A stretch of DNA of 45,107 nucleotides, counting the filler, from Jimgerdemannia flammicorona (Eukaryota), in the NCBI GenBank assembly GCA_003990765.1. It is 2 parts of 2 records of this genome, joined end to end, with 100 filler letters (N's around TTAATTAATTAA, not from the genome) between each part and the next. Parts side by side here need not be neighbours in the genome. Positions count along the whole stretch, not along the records: positions 22,605 to 45,107 come from RBNJ01001261.1; 1 more part is not named here. One strand, given 5' to 3'. The position numbers and the translations under genes were made by a program. Below are positions 22,615-35,796 of the stretch, piece after piece. Positions within the stretch are counted from its first letter, which is position 1, and every line of letters begins with the position of its first letter. The notes under the pieces are model-generated. The model had not been told where the DNA came from and made no database searches. It saw nothing but the letters and a program-made list of their open reading frames with translations.

Positions 22615-25352
22615 GACATATTGTGAGAATCTGGCAGGAGGTGGAGGAGCTTAAAGGAGTGTTATAAAGGGAGGAGGAGGTGAAGTTGCAGGGAATGGTG
22701 ACCCAACTGCAGTGGTAGGGGCTGGAGGAGGGAGAGAGGCCTACTAGGTTTTTGTCGCAGATGTTACAGGCATGATGAATGAAGCAGCAGTGGGAGGGAG
22801 TTCTGGATGCAAATGGCAAGCTGGTGGTGGGGACTCCGGCTATTCAGGGCCTATTAAGAGCCAGATGGGGGAATCTATGGAGTGAGGAGGAGGGAGGAAT
22901 GGATGCTCTGGATGTTGAAAGGCAGCTGGGGGATTGGCACCTGGACACTGTGATGGGTCTTGGGGCATTGGAGGACCCAGTGAGTGATGAGGAAATTCGC
23001 AGGGTTGTGGCCTCGATGAGTAAAAGGACAGCCCCGGGAGAGGATGGGCTTCCCTGGGATTTTTGGCAGAAGATGGCTGGAGTGGGCGAGGTGCTAGAGG
23101 AAATGACTACTATGTATGTGTGATGGAGTTCTTCGGTCTGGTGCTTGGATTGGTGGACAGCACTTAGAGCTAGTCTCCTTGCTCTCCAAGAATAAGTGGA
23201 GGCGAGAGGACTGGAAGAACTGGCAGCCAATCATGCTTCTTGACATGGACCGAAAACTGGTGACAAAGATCTTGGTGATGAGACTGCAAGGAATCGCTCA
23301 GTATGTGCTTGATGTGGAGTAGCATGGGTTTGTCAGTGGCTGGTTGATTTGAGATGGGACAGCTTGGGTACATGGCATGATTGAAGATGCCTAGGCAACA
23401 GGGGTGGATGGCAGATTGGTATTTCTGGACCAAGAGAAGGCTTATGATAGAGTGTGGAGGATATGGCTGGAGGGAGTGCTGAGATGGATTGGTATTCCCC
23501 CAGGGTTCCAAGGATCATTGATCAGCCTCTTGGAGGACAGTCAGGCAGCATTGGTCATCAATGGCCACAGGGGGGTGACCTTTCCCCTGGGATGCGGGGT
23601 ACCGCAAGGGGATCCCTTATCGCCCATATTGTATGCCCTTTCCCTGGAGACTCTACTGGACAGAATTCGGCATCAGATTGGGGGTTTGGACATTTTAGAG
23701 ATTAATTGGAAGGTGGGGGCCTTTGCTGATGATATGGTGGTCAGACTGGGCTCCTTGGTGGATGTGGGGGAGTTACAGAGGTTGAAATGGTATGAGAGGG
23801 ATTCTGGTGCTAAACTAAACTGACACAAATGTGAGACTCTGGTATTGGGTGCTGGAATTGTTGGTGGTAATGTCATTGGGACAGTGGTATCAGCTGGGGA
23901 ACCAGTGCATTATTTGGAGATCTACTTCTCAGTGTTAGGATCTCTTCTTCCCCGGGCATGGTGGGACTGCAAACTTCTGGAGTGGGGAAATGTTCTGTGG
24001 TGATGGGGAGGTCGGCATATATCACTAGCTGGAAGGGTGATGGTGCTGAATGTGTATTGGATGCCTAAGCTGTGGTATGTGAGAAATCATTTGGATTTCC
24101 CAACCTGGGTGGTCAAGGGGCTGTTGAAGATGGCAAAGTCATGGATCTTAGGAGGGCAGTGGAGCCAGGTGGGTTGGGAGGTGCTCACACTGCCCTTGGA
24201 AAGAGGTGGGCTGGGCTTAGTGGACTTTACTAAGCAGCTTCAATGTTTGAGAGCTTGGTGGTTGTGAAGGGCAAGTGAGCTTGGGGGTCAGGAGTGGGTG
24301 CCACTTATGCAGAGGTTGTGAGAGATTTGGTCCTCCCCACGTGGTGGCTTGGGTGACCTGCTCATGATGGTGGCCATGGATGGGAGTAGGAGGAAGTGGT
24401 TTATGGGCTTCTGGTGGGGGGTGGTGGATGGTGCTAAGAAAATTGGACTTCAGTGGTGAGGTGATGAAGCCGAGGAGGATTGGGGACCGCAGATGTGGCA
24501 GTGGGACAGGCTTCTGCTGGGTGGCATTCTGGTGGAGAACTTTCAGCTTAGTGAGGGTTTGGAGTATCTGCAAGGCCTAGATAGAGACCTGTGGCCCAAA
24601 GCCTGGCAGAGGGTTGGAATTGGTGAGAAGTGAGATTGGAATGGACTCTGGATTTGGAGCAAAAGGGAGAGGCAGTGGCTGCCCCCCAAGTTCTGGGTGT
24701 TGTGGTGGCATGTCCTATGGTGGAATGTGATGTTGAACTATCGATCTGGGCACTTGATAGCCAGTAGAGTGTTTGAGTATAAGGATTGTTTCGGTGTTGA
24801 TCAGGAGGGAGGCGTGGTACAAATGCCTGAACATTGGCTTGGCAAGTGCAAAGTTTTGGAGGAGTTTTGGAGATATATTATGGACTGGGTAGGGCAGGGT
24901 GCCTTGGAGGGTGAGGAAGGGGGGAGATGGGGAGAGCTCCACTGGTGACTAGTGGATGGGGTTGGGGATGAATGGCTGACCCTTAGTTGGGCTTTGGCTA
25001 TGTGGGTTGGGTTAGCTAGACATTGGGTTCATGTCTTCGAGGAGGGGTGGCAGGTTGGGGTTGGGGACAAGGTGGCATGTTGGGAATAGTTGCTATTGGA
25101 CATTTTGAATAGCTGGTGGCAAGGTTGGGGGCTGGGTGGAGGGTACCACAGGGGTTTGGTGCAGTGTATCTCCTGGAAGAGTAGTGGGTAGATTCAAGTA
25201 GTGGGTAACTGGGTGATGCTTAGGCAGGGGGAGATTGAGGGGAGAGGGTTGGGTCCATGGGGCATTGGTTGAGGGTGGGGGTGACATTGTATTGTTAGAA
25301 TTATAGACATCAGTAATAAAGGGCAGTCCAAGAGACTATAAAAAAAAAAAAG

Positions 25353-25400
<48 letters not shown>
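22615..25400 (+). mobile_element. L1/Tx1-like LINE: ORF2 RT and C-terminal region with long poly(A) tail
   Basis: TAPGEDGLP, KNWQPIMLLDMDRK, FLDQEKAYDRV, GVPQGDPLSP, AFADD, LPLERGGLGL; AATAAA at 25315; poly(A) about 25340-25400. Confidence 0.95.
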
Positions 25401-25404
<4 letters not shown>

Positions 25405-25798
25405 TAGAGTCATAAATCTGCAGGTAATTTCTTTATAGAAGAAATTAGCAATTGATTATATATTGACTTCTTTGAGAGGTTCTGCCTTTATCTATTTCAT
25501 AAAAAGCTCTTAAATAATAATGATATATCAGTTGCTAGTAAAAGTTAAAAATAGAGGACTCATTATATCTATTATAATATGGGCAAAGGGTACTAGTTCT
25601 ATGTATACTTATCCTAGAGTCTGATTTCATTAGTCCTATTTCTGTTTTTGGCATTTGTCACAGATCTTGACAAATTGTCTAATATCTTCCTCCATTTCTG
25701 GCTAGTATATTGTTCTTTCTACTTTTTTCTAGATATTTCTTTCTCTCAGATAGTAAGTTTATATACTTATTTTATTGCTTGCTCCTTCTTGTATTCAT
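25401..25798 (-). mobile_element. Integrase fragment of old Gypsy element D
   Basis: Reverse complement resembles element C integrase (about 32940-33270). It rejoins 35797 in frame (VIYEYKKEQAI) once the 4-bp TSD is removed. Confidence 0.75.
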
Positions 25799-26031
25799 TG
25801 TAACAGTAACTCCAGAATGATGATATCAGCATAGGAGATAGCCTTTCTTTGCAAGCCACCAGATTGGAGCACAAGAAGATCATATGGCATATAAGATAAG
25901 AATGATAACCAACTGTGAGTCATTGTGACCATAGTATTGGTATCTTGAGAAATATAAAAGAAAGGTCAAGGAATTACAGTAGCAGCAACCAATAAGACCT
26001 ACCAATCCCAAAATAGCTCAAAGACTTTAAA

Positions 26032-26871
26032 ATGTCTGCTGCTCACCAAACCTCAAGTTCAAGAAACCACCAAGGTGCCTCAGTTGAAGAAAGGATGTTC
26101 TAAGACATCTGAAGAGCAATGAGGACCCATACAAGAAGAACACCTAGTGTCAATCTGGGTACTAGTGACTCTTATCATTATATCCTCTACTACTGCAAAA
26201 TGGAAACAAGGATCACCATTACTACCAAATGCCTCCAAATGTGGCAGGAGTATGAAATAGAAAACCTCCTCTGCTGGGAGTTCTCACAGACCAGCACTCA
26301 AGAGCTACAAGATGCCACTCCCATAGATATACATGAAATAAGAACAGCTAAGAAGATCTATCAGATCCTCAGGCATGCACTATGGTCAATCCCCAACTTG
26401 GAGTATGTTAGAGTCTCAGATTTAGACCTATCAGCCTGCCATATCAATGTACTAGATGCCAGGGTTGCTACAGAAGCCCAGTTTACTCTCACCCTCAACA
26501 ATGATGAAGTAGAAGACTTCTGGCATCCCATCCTTCAGGACAACTCAGACCAATACCTACAAGGATTGATCTCAGTATTCCAAGGCCCAAGCATCCAGGT
26601 TAGACCTCCTCAAGACCCCACATTTGTCTCCTATTTTGTGGAAGAGAACCTCATAGACTAGCGAGCCCCAGACCTCCTTGTTTCTACTACTGCTGAATGT
26701 GATGACATCATCAATAATAACATCATTCCAAGTAACATATGCGAGACACATGATATATACAAAACATACAACCTATGTGATGATGACAAATTCATGGACC
26801 TCATCTCCTTCAAAGACATCCCAACCTCTGATGAGAATAAAGCCTCTATCATCTTGAACATTCTGCTCTAA
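26032..26871 (+). pseudogene. LTR-encoded accessory protein, 5' LTR copy (about 279 codons if stops are read through)
   Basis: ATG at 26032 is in frame with ORF 26119-26661. Its early stops are sense codons in the 3' LTR copy and vice versa. TATAAAA at 25953. The TAG at 26659 is shared by both copies and may be the true end. Confidence 0.75.
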
Positions 26872-27419
26872 AGTTCTTTGGTGACACCAAATTATGCCAG
26901 CACTGGCATTCTGATGTGATACTGAATTATACCAGCATCCTGAACTTGTGTAACCATTTGTGCTAACTCTTGAACTTAGCAGTTTTTTCTGTCCTGGCAT
27001 TTTATTTTAGTTATTAGAATTTATATTTAGCATTATATCTTAACAACCATTGAATTATATTTTGTATAAATACCCCTCTTATTTCCTCTGAAATAAAGTC
27101 AGTCAAGTTCACTTACATACAATTCCTTACAAGCAATCTAAGAGATAACAAAACAGTTTAAAGATAAGAAGTTTGAGGACCATAAGACCTTGGAAAGATA
27201 CTCCAATAAGAACTTGCTTATAACAAACTTGAGTTAGTCTAAGAGATACACCTTGAAGAGAATCAGAAATATTTAAAGAACTCAGCAACCACTATATGAC
27301 TACTTGGTGTCCATTGGCTGGTGATTCAAGATAAATCCCTCACTTTCAAGCTAAACAACAAACAACTACTACAACAACTACCCTGACTACAAGAGCCACC
27401 CCTGCAACAATTCAAGATA

Positions 27420-28700
27420 AGATGGAAATACATTCCCTCACATTTTATAGATATACTACTAAAGAGTCAATCCTGATCTTCATTGAAGACTTTGAACAAA
27501 TTGCTGCTATATGAGCCCTTGGTATTGATGTACAATTGGTCCTGAAACCAGTCAGCCTCAGAGGACCTGCCAGAGACAAGTTAAATGCAGCCACTATTGC
27601 TGATAATGGTACAGCCAAACTTGTCAATATAAAGGCCTTCCTCAGAACAATATACTATACTGAAGAGATTAAGCAAGCTCTCAAGGATCAATTCAACACT
27701 ATCTTCCAGGGACTCAGTGAAGATCCCAACTTATTCTATTCCTGAATCTGCTATCAGATTGTCTTGGCTGGCTATAATGATGCCCTCAAGGAACAAATAG
27801 CAGATTCAACCTTCCTCAAAGAAGTTCATTCCGAAATTGCCCTAGCAATCTGGTCTATTCTAGCTGCACTGACCCTTGATCAGAAAGTGGTCTTTGCACA
27901 GAGATATTGGACTACCAGACACCCCGCTGAATACTCAATAGAGAAAATAACTGACATTAAGATAGAGCCATCAAAGCCAACTAATATCATATCCACTACA
28001 GTTGTAAACAGATAATCATCCCCACCTACTCCCAAGATAACCAAAGCCAACCTAGTGGAGGAACTTGCCAAGCAGTTCACTGAGATAACTGTACATCTTA
28101 GTGATGTTGTTAGAGAAGTCTGAAGTGCCAACAGGAGACCAGTACAGAGATTTGCAGCTGCTATAGAAGAATGCAACATTACATACTTCAGATATAGAGA
28201 AGAAGGTCACTATGCAAAGAATTGCATGACTGAAACAAGATACAAAACCCAATTAAGCAATACTAGTAGAACCAGAGAACAAACCAATACAGTAGTCATT
28301 GAAGAGATTAGTGATACTGATGATGAAGAATACTATGAGGAGCTCAAATTCAACCCTGCTACTGAAGGTACCAGAACCCAGTCCAAGCCCTATAACAAGA
28401 AGAGCAATAGCAAGTCAGTTGGAAGACCAAAGAAGACCCCAGCTGTTACTATCCAAAGCAAGACCCAACTCAAGGAGGTTGATCAAGACATGGGGTTAGA
28501 TGAAGCTGCCTGTCAAATCATTAAAGACACTACTCCAGTCTCAGGAGAAAGTGAAAACAACAAGGAACAGAATCTGTGCAAGACCAAGATCCACCAGTAT
28601 GATATCTATAAGGATCTCAAGAAACAGAAGATCAATGCTACTTTTGCATAGCTAGCTGAAGTCCCTGCCTTCAGACAGCAGTTGAGAGTAGGACTTACAA
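27420..28700 (+). pseudogene. gag: Gag of element C
   Basis: SLRGPARDKL, QGLSEDPNLFY; decayed knuckle TYFRYREEGHYAKNC at about 28180-28225. Confidence 0.8.
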
Positions 28701-28799
28701 CTACTGCCAAGAATCAAAAGTACAAGATTGTAGAAGCTCACAATGTACAAGAAGAATCAGAACATTCAGGTAAAGAATCTGAAGACCAGCACAAGATAT

Positions 28800-29150
28800 C
28801 AGACTATACTCTATATCAGATTGAAGATTGTATCTTTGATGCCATCATTGATACTGATGCTGGAGGATGTCTCATGAGTAAGAAGGCAATTGACTGCCTA
28901 GGCTGGGATATTGAAGAGTCCACCAAGATGGTCTATGTTACAGCAGATAGCACATGAGCTACCCCTCTTGGCAAAATCCAAGAAGTCCCCATCAAGATAG
29001 GAGGAGCTACCATCCCAGTATATGTAATTATTATAAGTGCCACCAACTATGACATCCTCATTGGTAACCAATAGCTTCACAAGACCAATGCTATTATTGA
29101 TCTCAATGCCCAGAAGATGCAGATCAACTATAGAAAGAAATATACTAGTC
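28800..29150 (+). pseudogene. pro: Aspartic protease of element C
   Basis: AIIDTDAGGCLMS ... NYDILIGN. Confidence 0.85.
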
Positions 29151-29509
29151 TCTATCAATGTCCACAAAGGAGTTCTATCAGACATAGAGAAAGGAGTTGA
29201 AGAGAACACAGAAGTCTTCATGCACTTGGTGAACAAGAATAAGAACAAGACCCCTAAGCTCACTGATGAGCAGTGGTATAACAAGATCATTGATATCTAT
29301 GCCCCTCAAGAAAGAAGCCCCCCTGGTACTAGAATGTACTGCTCTGAACATCTGAATGACTGCTGGTTCTATATCAGTGAAGTCAGAAAAATCCATCAAC
29401 AGAAATATGAGCTAGAAGCTACTGAAGCAAAAAAGAAAGCCAAAGAAGATGACCAGACCCCCAAGCTTCAAGCTGACAGTGATGATGAGGAGAAATAAGA
29501 ACCAGATAT

Positions 29510-29925
29510 CACTCTCAAGGTCAAGAAGTTTCACCCTAAAGCCAAGATCTCAGAATATAGGACTGAAGGAGCTATAGGAATAGACCTTGCCAGCATTCAA
29601 GATGCTACCCTAAAACCACAGACCACCACCCTACTTGGCACTGGAATTAGAGTAAAGCTGCCAGAGAACCATGCCAGAATTATCAAGACCAGGAGCAGTC
29701 TGGCCAAAAGTGAAATCTTAGTTGAAGGAGGAGTAATTGACCCTGATTATACTGACAAGATCTCCTCATAGTCAGGAATCATAACCCCACCACCCCATTT
29801 GACATCAAGAAGTATGATAGGATTGGTCAGATGCTGATCTACAAAATCAAGAAGTCTAAGATCACTGAAGCCATTGAACTCATCAAGACCAAGAGAGGAG
29901 AACAAGACTTCAGATCTACTGGAAG
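29510..29925 (+). pseudogene. dut: dUTPase of element C
   Basis: KFHPKAKISEYRTEGAIGIDL, IKTRSSLAK, EGGVIDPDYT; motif V remnant RGEQDFRSTG. Confidence 0.9.
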
Positions 29926-30076
29926 AGAAGCCTATACCACTAACAAGATTACTGAACTTGAGCACAAGAAATACAGAGACTAGAGCAAGCACATATATAC
30001 CATTGGAGAAAACTTTCCCCTGGAAGAACAACTTCTCAAAATCCTGCACCAGAACAAAGAAGTACTTGGTACAGAC

Positions 30077-31410
30077 TTGAGAGATATCTACAATCAAGGA
30101 TCCAAGTACTACCACAAAGTTGACACTAGTGATACCAAGCCCATCTACCAGAAAGCCAGACCTATACCACCTGCTGACAGAGAATGGCTGCAAGCAGAAC
30201 TCAAGGAAATAGAAGAAGTCAGAATAATCAAGCAAGCTATCAGTCACTGGGCTTCACCTATTGTCCTTGCTCTGAAGAAAGGAAGCAAGCCTGGAGAGTT
30301 TGCATCAAAACTCTGCATTGACTACAGGAAGCTCAATGTAATCACCAAGAAGAATAGGCAGCCCTTGCCAAATATTCAAGAAATCCTTACCACCCTTGGA
30401 AGTGAAGCCAAATACTACACTATCTTGGATCTGTTCTTAGGCTTCTATCAGATTAGTCTCACTTAAGATACCAGTGAGAAATCAGCCTTCATTATACCTG
30501 ATGCCATCTATATCTACCTGCAAATGCCATTTGGAATGTGCAATGCCCCAGCAAGTTTCCAGTGAATGATGAACAGAGTCTTCAGCAATGAGATTGAAAA
30601 ATGGTTCTTTGTCTATATTGATGATATAATCATCTTCAGCAACACTGCACAGGAACGTATCAATCACATACAGCTAGCCCTCAAGAAGCTCAAGAAGTAT
30701 GTCCTCTATATCAAGCCCAAGAAATGTAAGTTTGTAGCTCAAGAAATTGCCTACCTAGGACACCTCATCAATCAGACTGGAATCCACACAGACCCCATGA
30801 AGATTGAGGCTGTTGCAGCCTATCCAAGACTCAGATTAACCACAGAAGTCCATGCCTTCTTTGGACTGACCAGCTACTACAGAAGATTCATCAAAGAATA
30901 CTCCAACATTGCAGCACTATCTATGTATTACTGAAGAAGAAAACCAAATTTGAATGGACCAAGGAATACTAAGAAACCTTCAATGAACTCAAGACCAGGT
31001 TGTCCCAAGCACCTATCCTCAGAAGACCAGATTGGAAACTAGAATTCATCCTGCAGACAGATGTAAGTACTATAGGACTAGGAGCCATCCTAGCTCAGAA
31101 GAAAGATAGATATGAATATGTCATCTCCTATGCAAGCTGAGGTACTAGTAGAGCAGAACAGAACTATAAGTTATACAAGCTCGAATGCTTAACAGTAGTT
31201 TGGGCAGCAGACAAGTTCCACTACTACCTAGCTGGAAAATACTTCATCATTCAAAAAGACCATTCTACTCTTACCTGACTATTCTACACTCTGAACTCCA
31301 AAGGAATATATACCAGATGGATCAATAGGCTGCAAGAGTATAACTATACTCTCAAGCACTGCTCAGAAAGAACCAACACCAATGCTGATGCCCTCTCAAG
31401 GACACCCTGA
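30077..31410 (+). pseudogene. pol: Reverse transcriptase and RNase H of element C
   Basis: SHWASPIVL, LCIDYRKLN, MPFGMCNAPASF, VYIDDIIIFS, ILQTDVS. Confidence 0.95.
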
Positions 31411-31649
31411 AATACCTCCATCAAGACTATTTAATATAAATAAGGAGTTATACTATGGATTAATTGGCTACCTTGGGTAATAGAAGATACCCAATCACCT
31501 TGAACCCTGGACAATCACTATTTTCAATCAGACTTGAAAACAGTTTGAACTAGACAACACTATACTCAGAAAAGAAGGAAAGCTAGTAATACCCAAATAC
31601 AAGAAGTATCAAGTATGAAGGAAGTACACAAGTAAGGACACCTAGGAGG

Positions 31650-32922
31650 TTCCAAGCTATGGTATGTGGCATATCATCTAGACTTCCCAGCTTGGGTGGT
31701 GAAGCAGCTGACAAAGATGGCTAGAGATTGGATTTGGGCTGAGAGGAGGTCCCAGATCAGTTGGGATACCCTTGCAACTCCAGTGGTTAGGAGAGGACTA
31801 GACCTTGTGGATTTCCCTAAGAGGTTGCACTGTCTGCAAGCCTGGTGGTTGAGGAGAGCTGTTGAATTGCAGGGAGGGGGTTGGGTGCTGCTGCTGCAGA
31901 GGGTGTGGTAGATGAGATTCTCTCCTCAAGGGTCCTCAGGAGATTTGCTTGCTCTGGTGGGGCTGAAGGGAAGTTGATAGCTGTGGTTTAAGGGCTTCTG
32001 ATAGAGGGTGGTAGATAGAGCATACTGAATCAGCCTGCACTGATTGGGCAATGAGAGAGAGGTGCCTTAGGGTCCAAATATGTAGCAATGGGACAGATTG
32101 CTTCTGGAGGGTACTCTGCTTACTGAGTTTGACATTGGGGATGGAGTGGAGTATCAGCAGGGTCTTGTCCAGGATCTTTGGCCAAGTGGATGGCAGGCAG
32201 CAAGGATTGGTGAGGAGTAGGACTAGGCAGGTGTCTGGTCATAGAGTGCTGAGGTGCAGAAGTGGCTTCCTCCCAAGTTCTGAGTAGTGTGGTGGCAGAT
32301 GCTACAGAGGAACATCATGTTGAATTTCTGTGCAGAGCATCTGGTGGAAGGTGGCCAATTAGATTGTGAGGAGTGTTATGATGTGGGGCAAGTTAGGGAA
32401 TTTGTGTAGATGCCAGAACATTGGCTGGGAGAATGTGAGGTGCTGCAGGACTTTTGGATAGAAGCAGAAAATCAGCTGGGTGTGGAGTGACAGCTAGATG
32501 GTGAGTGAGGCTGCTGGGAGGATTTGAGATCTTGGCTAGTTGGGGGTGTGGGCAATAGTTGACTTACTGCAGGGTGGGTTTTAGTGGTGTGAGGGGGATT
32601 AGTTGGACATTGGCTCTTTGTCTTCAAGGAGGGGTGATAGTTGGATTTACAGAGAAGTTGTTAAGATGGAAGGAGTTGATGGAGGGTGGGTGGGTTGAAG
32701 TCTCCAGGGGGGGCAGTGTCATTGTCTGGTGGAAGGGATCTGTGAACAGAGTGGTGGGCAGGTTGCAATAGTATTAGACAAAGTGGTCTTTCATTGAGTA
32801 GGAGTGGTGGGGAGAGGCCCCCCTAGGGGGATTGGGTGAGAGATGGGCTCAATATATTTATATAAGATAGAATGGTGTATTAATAAAGGAAGGAGTCCAA
32901 GAGACTATAAAAAAAAAAAAAA
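31650..32922 (+). mobile_element. 5'-truncated L1/Tx1-like LINE inserted in the integrase of element C
   Basis: Homologous to 24061-25340; poly(A) 32909-32922; about 14-bp TSD GGACACCTAGGAGG / GAATACCTAGGAGG. Confidence 0.92.
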
Positions 32923-33918
32923 TGGAATACCTAGGAGGAACCAATACATATGACAAGGAAAGAAGAGCTATGTAGTAGTCTAAAATAGAAGAAGACCTGC
33001 ACCAATTTGTCAAAGGTGTGATAAGTACCAAAAACAGAAATAAGATCAGCAAGACCAGGTACCCAGGTCATCAAGAATTGAGCCTATCCCCTTCCACCAC
33101 ATCACAATAGATATCGTTGGGCCACTACCAGTAATACTATCAGGAAACCACTATATTATAATTATTATAGACCTCTTTACCAAATGGATAGAAGCAGGAG
33201 CATTACAAGAAGCCAATGCCCTCTCTATAGCCAACTTCCTGCACTGAGAAATCATCTGCCACTACAAGACACCAAAGCAAATCACAACAGACTATGGCAC
33301 AGAATTTGTCAATGGATTCTACAAGATAATGTATTAGAAATGCAAGATTCAGTACATCAAGACCACTGCATACCACTCTCAAGCAAATGAACAGATAGAG
33401 AGAACTAATAAGACCCTCAAGAACATCCTGGCAAAGATCTCAGAGACATATAAGAATTGGTATAACTACCTTCCAACTGCCCTCTCTGTCCTATAAGACA
33501 TATAGTCACAGAGCATACACTTTATCCCAAGAGAACTGCTCTTTAGAGAAGAAGATTCTGATGGAACCTTAGCAATAAATCTAAACCTAACTTGGAGATA
33601 GGTTGATGCAGAAATCCAGAGACTACACCAAATCAGAAAGAAGGCTGAAGATTATATCATCAAGTTACAAGTATTGATAAGAAAAAATGAAGAAAAGAAT
33701 TACAAGACTCTAAAACCCATCCAAATCATAGAAAAGGTCCTACTGTATCGAAATATAATAGAAGCCTCATGGTTGCAAAAACTGGGGCCCAAATGGAAAG
33801 GACCCTTCCACATGTAAGATATCAAGAGAACTGCCTTATGGCTTAGAAAAATCTCAGAGACCATACTGCCTACTACAGTACATAGGAACAGACTCAAGAA
33901 GTACCATGAACCTATATA
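32923..33918 (+). pseudogene. int: Integrase of element C (N-terminus at about 31560-31649)
   Basis: IDIVGPLP, ITTDYGTEF, TTAYHSQANEQIERTN, PKWKGPF. Confidence 0.92.
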
Positions 33919-34524
33919 AGAGAAGCAAAATATGATGACTGCCCATGAGGTTCTAGTCTGTGAATCATAACAGCATGTTCCATAACCAACAAGCTATCTG
34001 TCTGGACTATTCTCTAAGGGATATAGCACCAGCAACTATTCATCCATAAGACTTTTGAAGTCAGAGGAGTTTGAACTGTCAACTGATTGATCAAGATCAG
34101 AATCAGGCCCTTGCTCTATATGAAGGAAATGACTCTTCACCATTATGCCAAAATACAAAGGGAAGATACCAGCCCATAAATACCACTTTTCGACCCCTTG
34201 TCAGAGGTTATGGGATCAGCAAATTTTTCAGGACTGGACCAATGAATAAGGATGCTTGAGAAGATCCTTATTCATGAGGAAGATGTAATAGTGATCCCAG
34301 AATGATGATATTAGCACAGGAGACAACCTTTCTTTACAAGCCACCAGATTGGAGTACAAGAAGATCAGATGGCATACAAGATAAGAATGATGACCAACTG
34401 TGAGTCATTGTGACCATAGTATGGGTATCTTGAGGAATATAAAAGAAGGATCAAGGAACCATAGTAGCAGCAACCAACTAAACCCACCAATCCCAAAATA
34501 GCTCAAAGACTTACTACAAATAAA

Positions 34525-35366
34525 ATGTCTGCTGCTCACCAAATCTCAAGGTCAAGGAATCACTAAGGTGCCTCAGTTGAAGAAAGGATGTTCCAAGACA
34601 TCAGAAGAGCCATAAGGACCCATACAAGAAGAACTCCTAGTGTCAACCTGGGTACTGATAACTCTTATCATTATATTCGCTACTATTACAAAATGGAAAC
34701 AAGGATCAGTATTGCTACCAAATACCTCCAAATATGGCAGGAGTATGAAATAGGAAACCTCCTCTGCCAGAAGTTCCCACAGGCCAGCACCCAAGAGCTA
34801 CAAGATGCCACTCCTATAGATATATGTGAAATAAGGATAGCTAAGAAAATCCATCAGATCTTCAGACATGTACCATGGTTGATTCCCAACTTGGAGTATG
34901 TTAGAGTCTCAGATTTCAGAGACCTGGCAGCCCACCATATCAATGCACTAGAAGTTAGGGTAGCTACAGAAACCCAGTCTACTATCACTCTCAACAGTAA
35001 TAAAGTAGAAGAATTCTGGCTTCCATCCTCCAGAACAACCCAGACCAATTTCTGCAAGGATTGAACTCACTATTCCAAGGCCCAAGCATCTAGATTAGAC
35101 CTCTCCAAATCCACACATTTATTCCCTATTTTGTGGAAGAGAACCTCATAGACTAGAGAACCCCAGATCTCCTTGTTTCTACTACTGCCAAATGTAATGA
35201 CATCATCAGCAATGACATCATCCCATGTGATATACATGAGATGCATGATATATATGAAACATGCAATCTATGCAATGATGACAAATTCATGGACCTTATC
35301 TCCTTTGAAGACATCCTGACCTCTGATGAGGATGAAGCCCCTATGGTCTTGAACATTTTGCTCTAA
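34525..35366 (+). pseudogene. LTR-encoded accessory protein, 3' LTR copy
   Basis: MSAAHQ..EERMFQDIRRAIRTHTRR..WQEYEIGNLLC..IAKKIHQIFRH; TATAAAA at 34438; frameshift near 35020. Confidence 0.75.
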
Positions 35367-35796
35367 AGTTCTTTAGTGATACCAAATTGTGCCAGCACTG
35401 GTATTCTGATGTGACACTGAGTTATACTAACATCCTGAATCTGTGCAACTATTCATGCCAACCCTGGAACTTAGTAGTTTTTCCTGTCCTGTCATTTTAT
35501 TTTAGTTATTAGAATTTATATTTAGCTTTATATCTTAGCAATCATTGAATTATATTTGGTACAAATACCTCTCTTATTTCCTCTGAAATAAAGTCAGTCA
35601 AGTTTACTTATATATAATTTCTTATGAGCAATCTAAGAGATAACAAGATAGTTTAAAGATAAGAAGTTTGAGGACTTTAAGATCTTGTGAAGATACTCCA
35701 ATAAATACTTGCTTATAACAAACTGGAGTTAGTCTAAGAGATACATCTTGAAGAAAATCAGATATATTTGTAGGACTCAGTGACTACTATGTAACA

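Larger units (their letters stand above)
25799..35796 (+). mobile_element. Full-length Ty3/Gypsy element C with ORF-bearing 1.5-kb LTRs
   Basis: LTRs 25799 to about 27302 and 34284-35796; TSD TCAT/TTAT; TGG-starting PBS-like sequence at about 27305; purine tract 34274-34283; gag, PR, dUTPase, RT, RH, IN. Confidence 0.95.
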
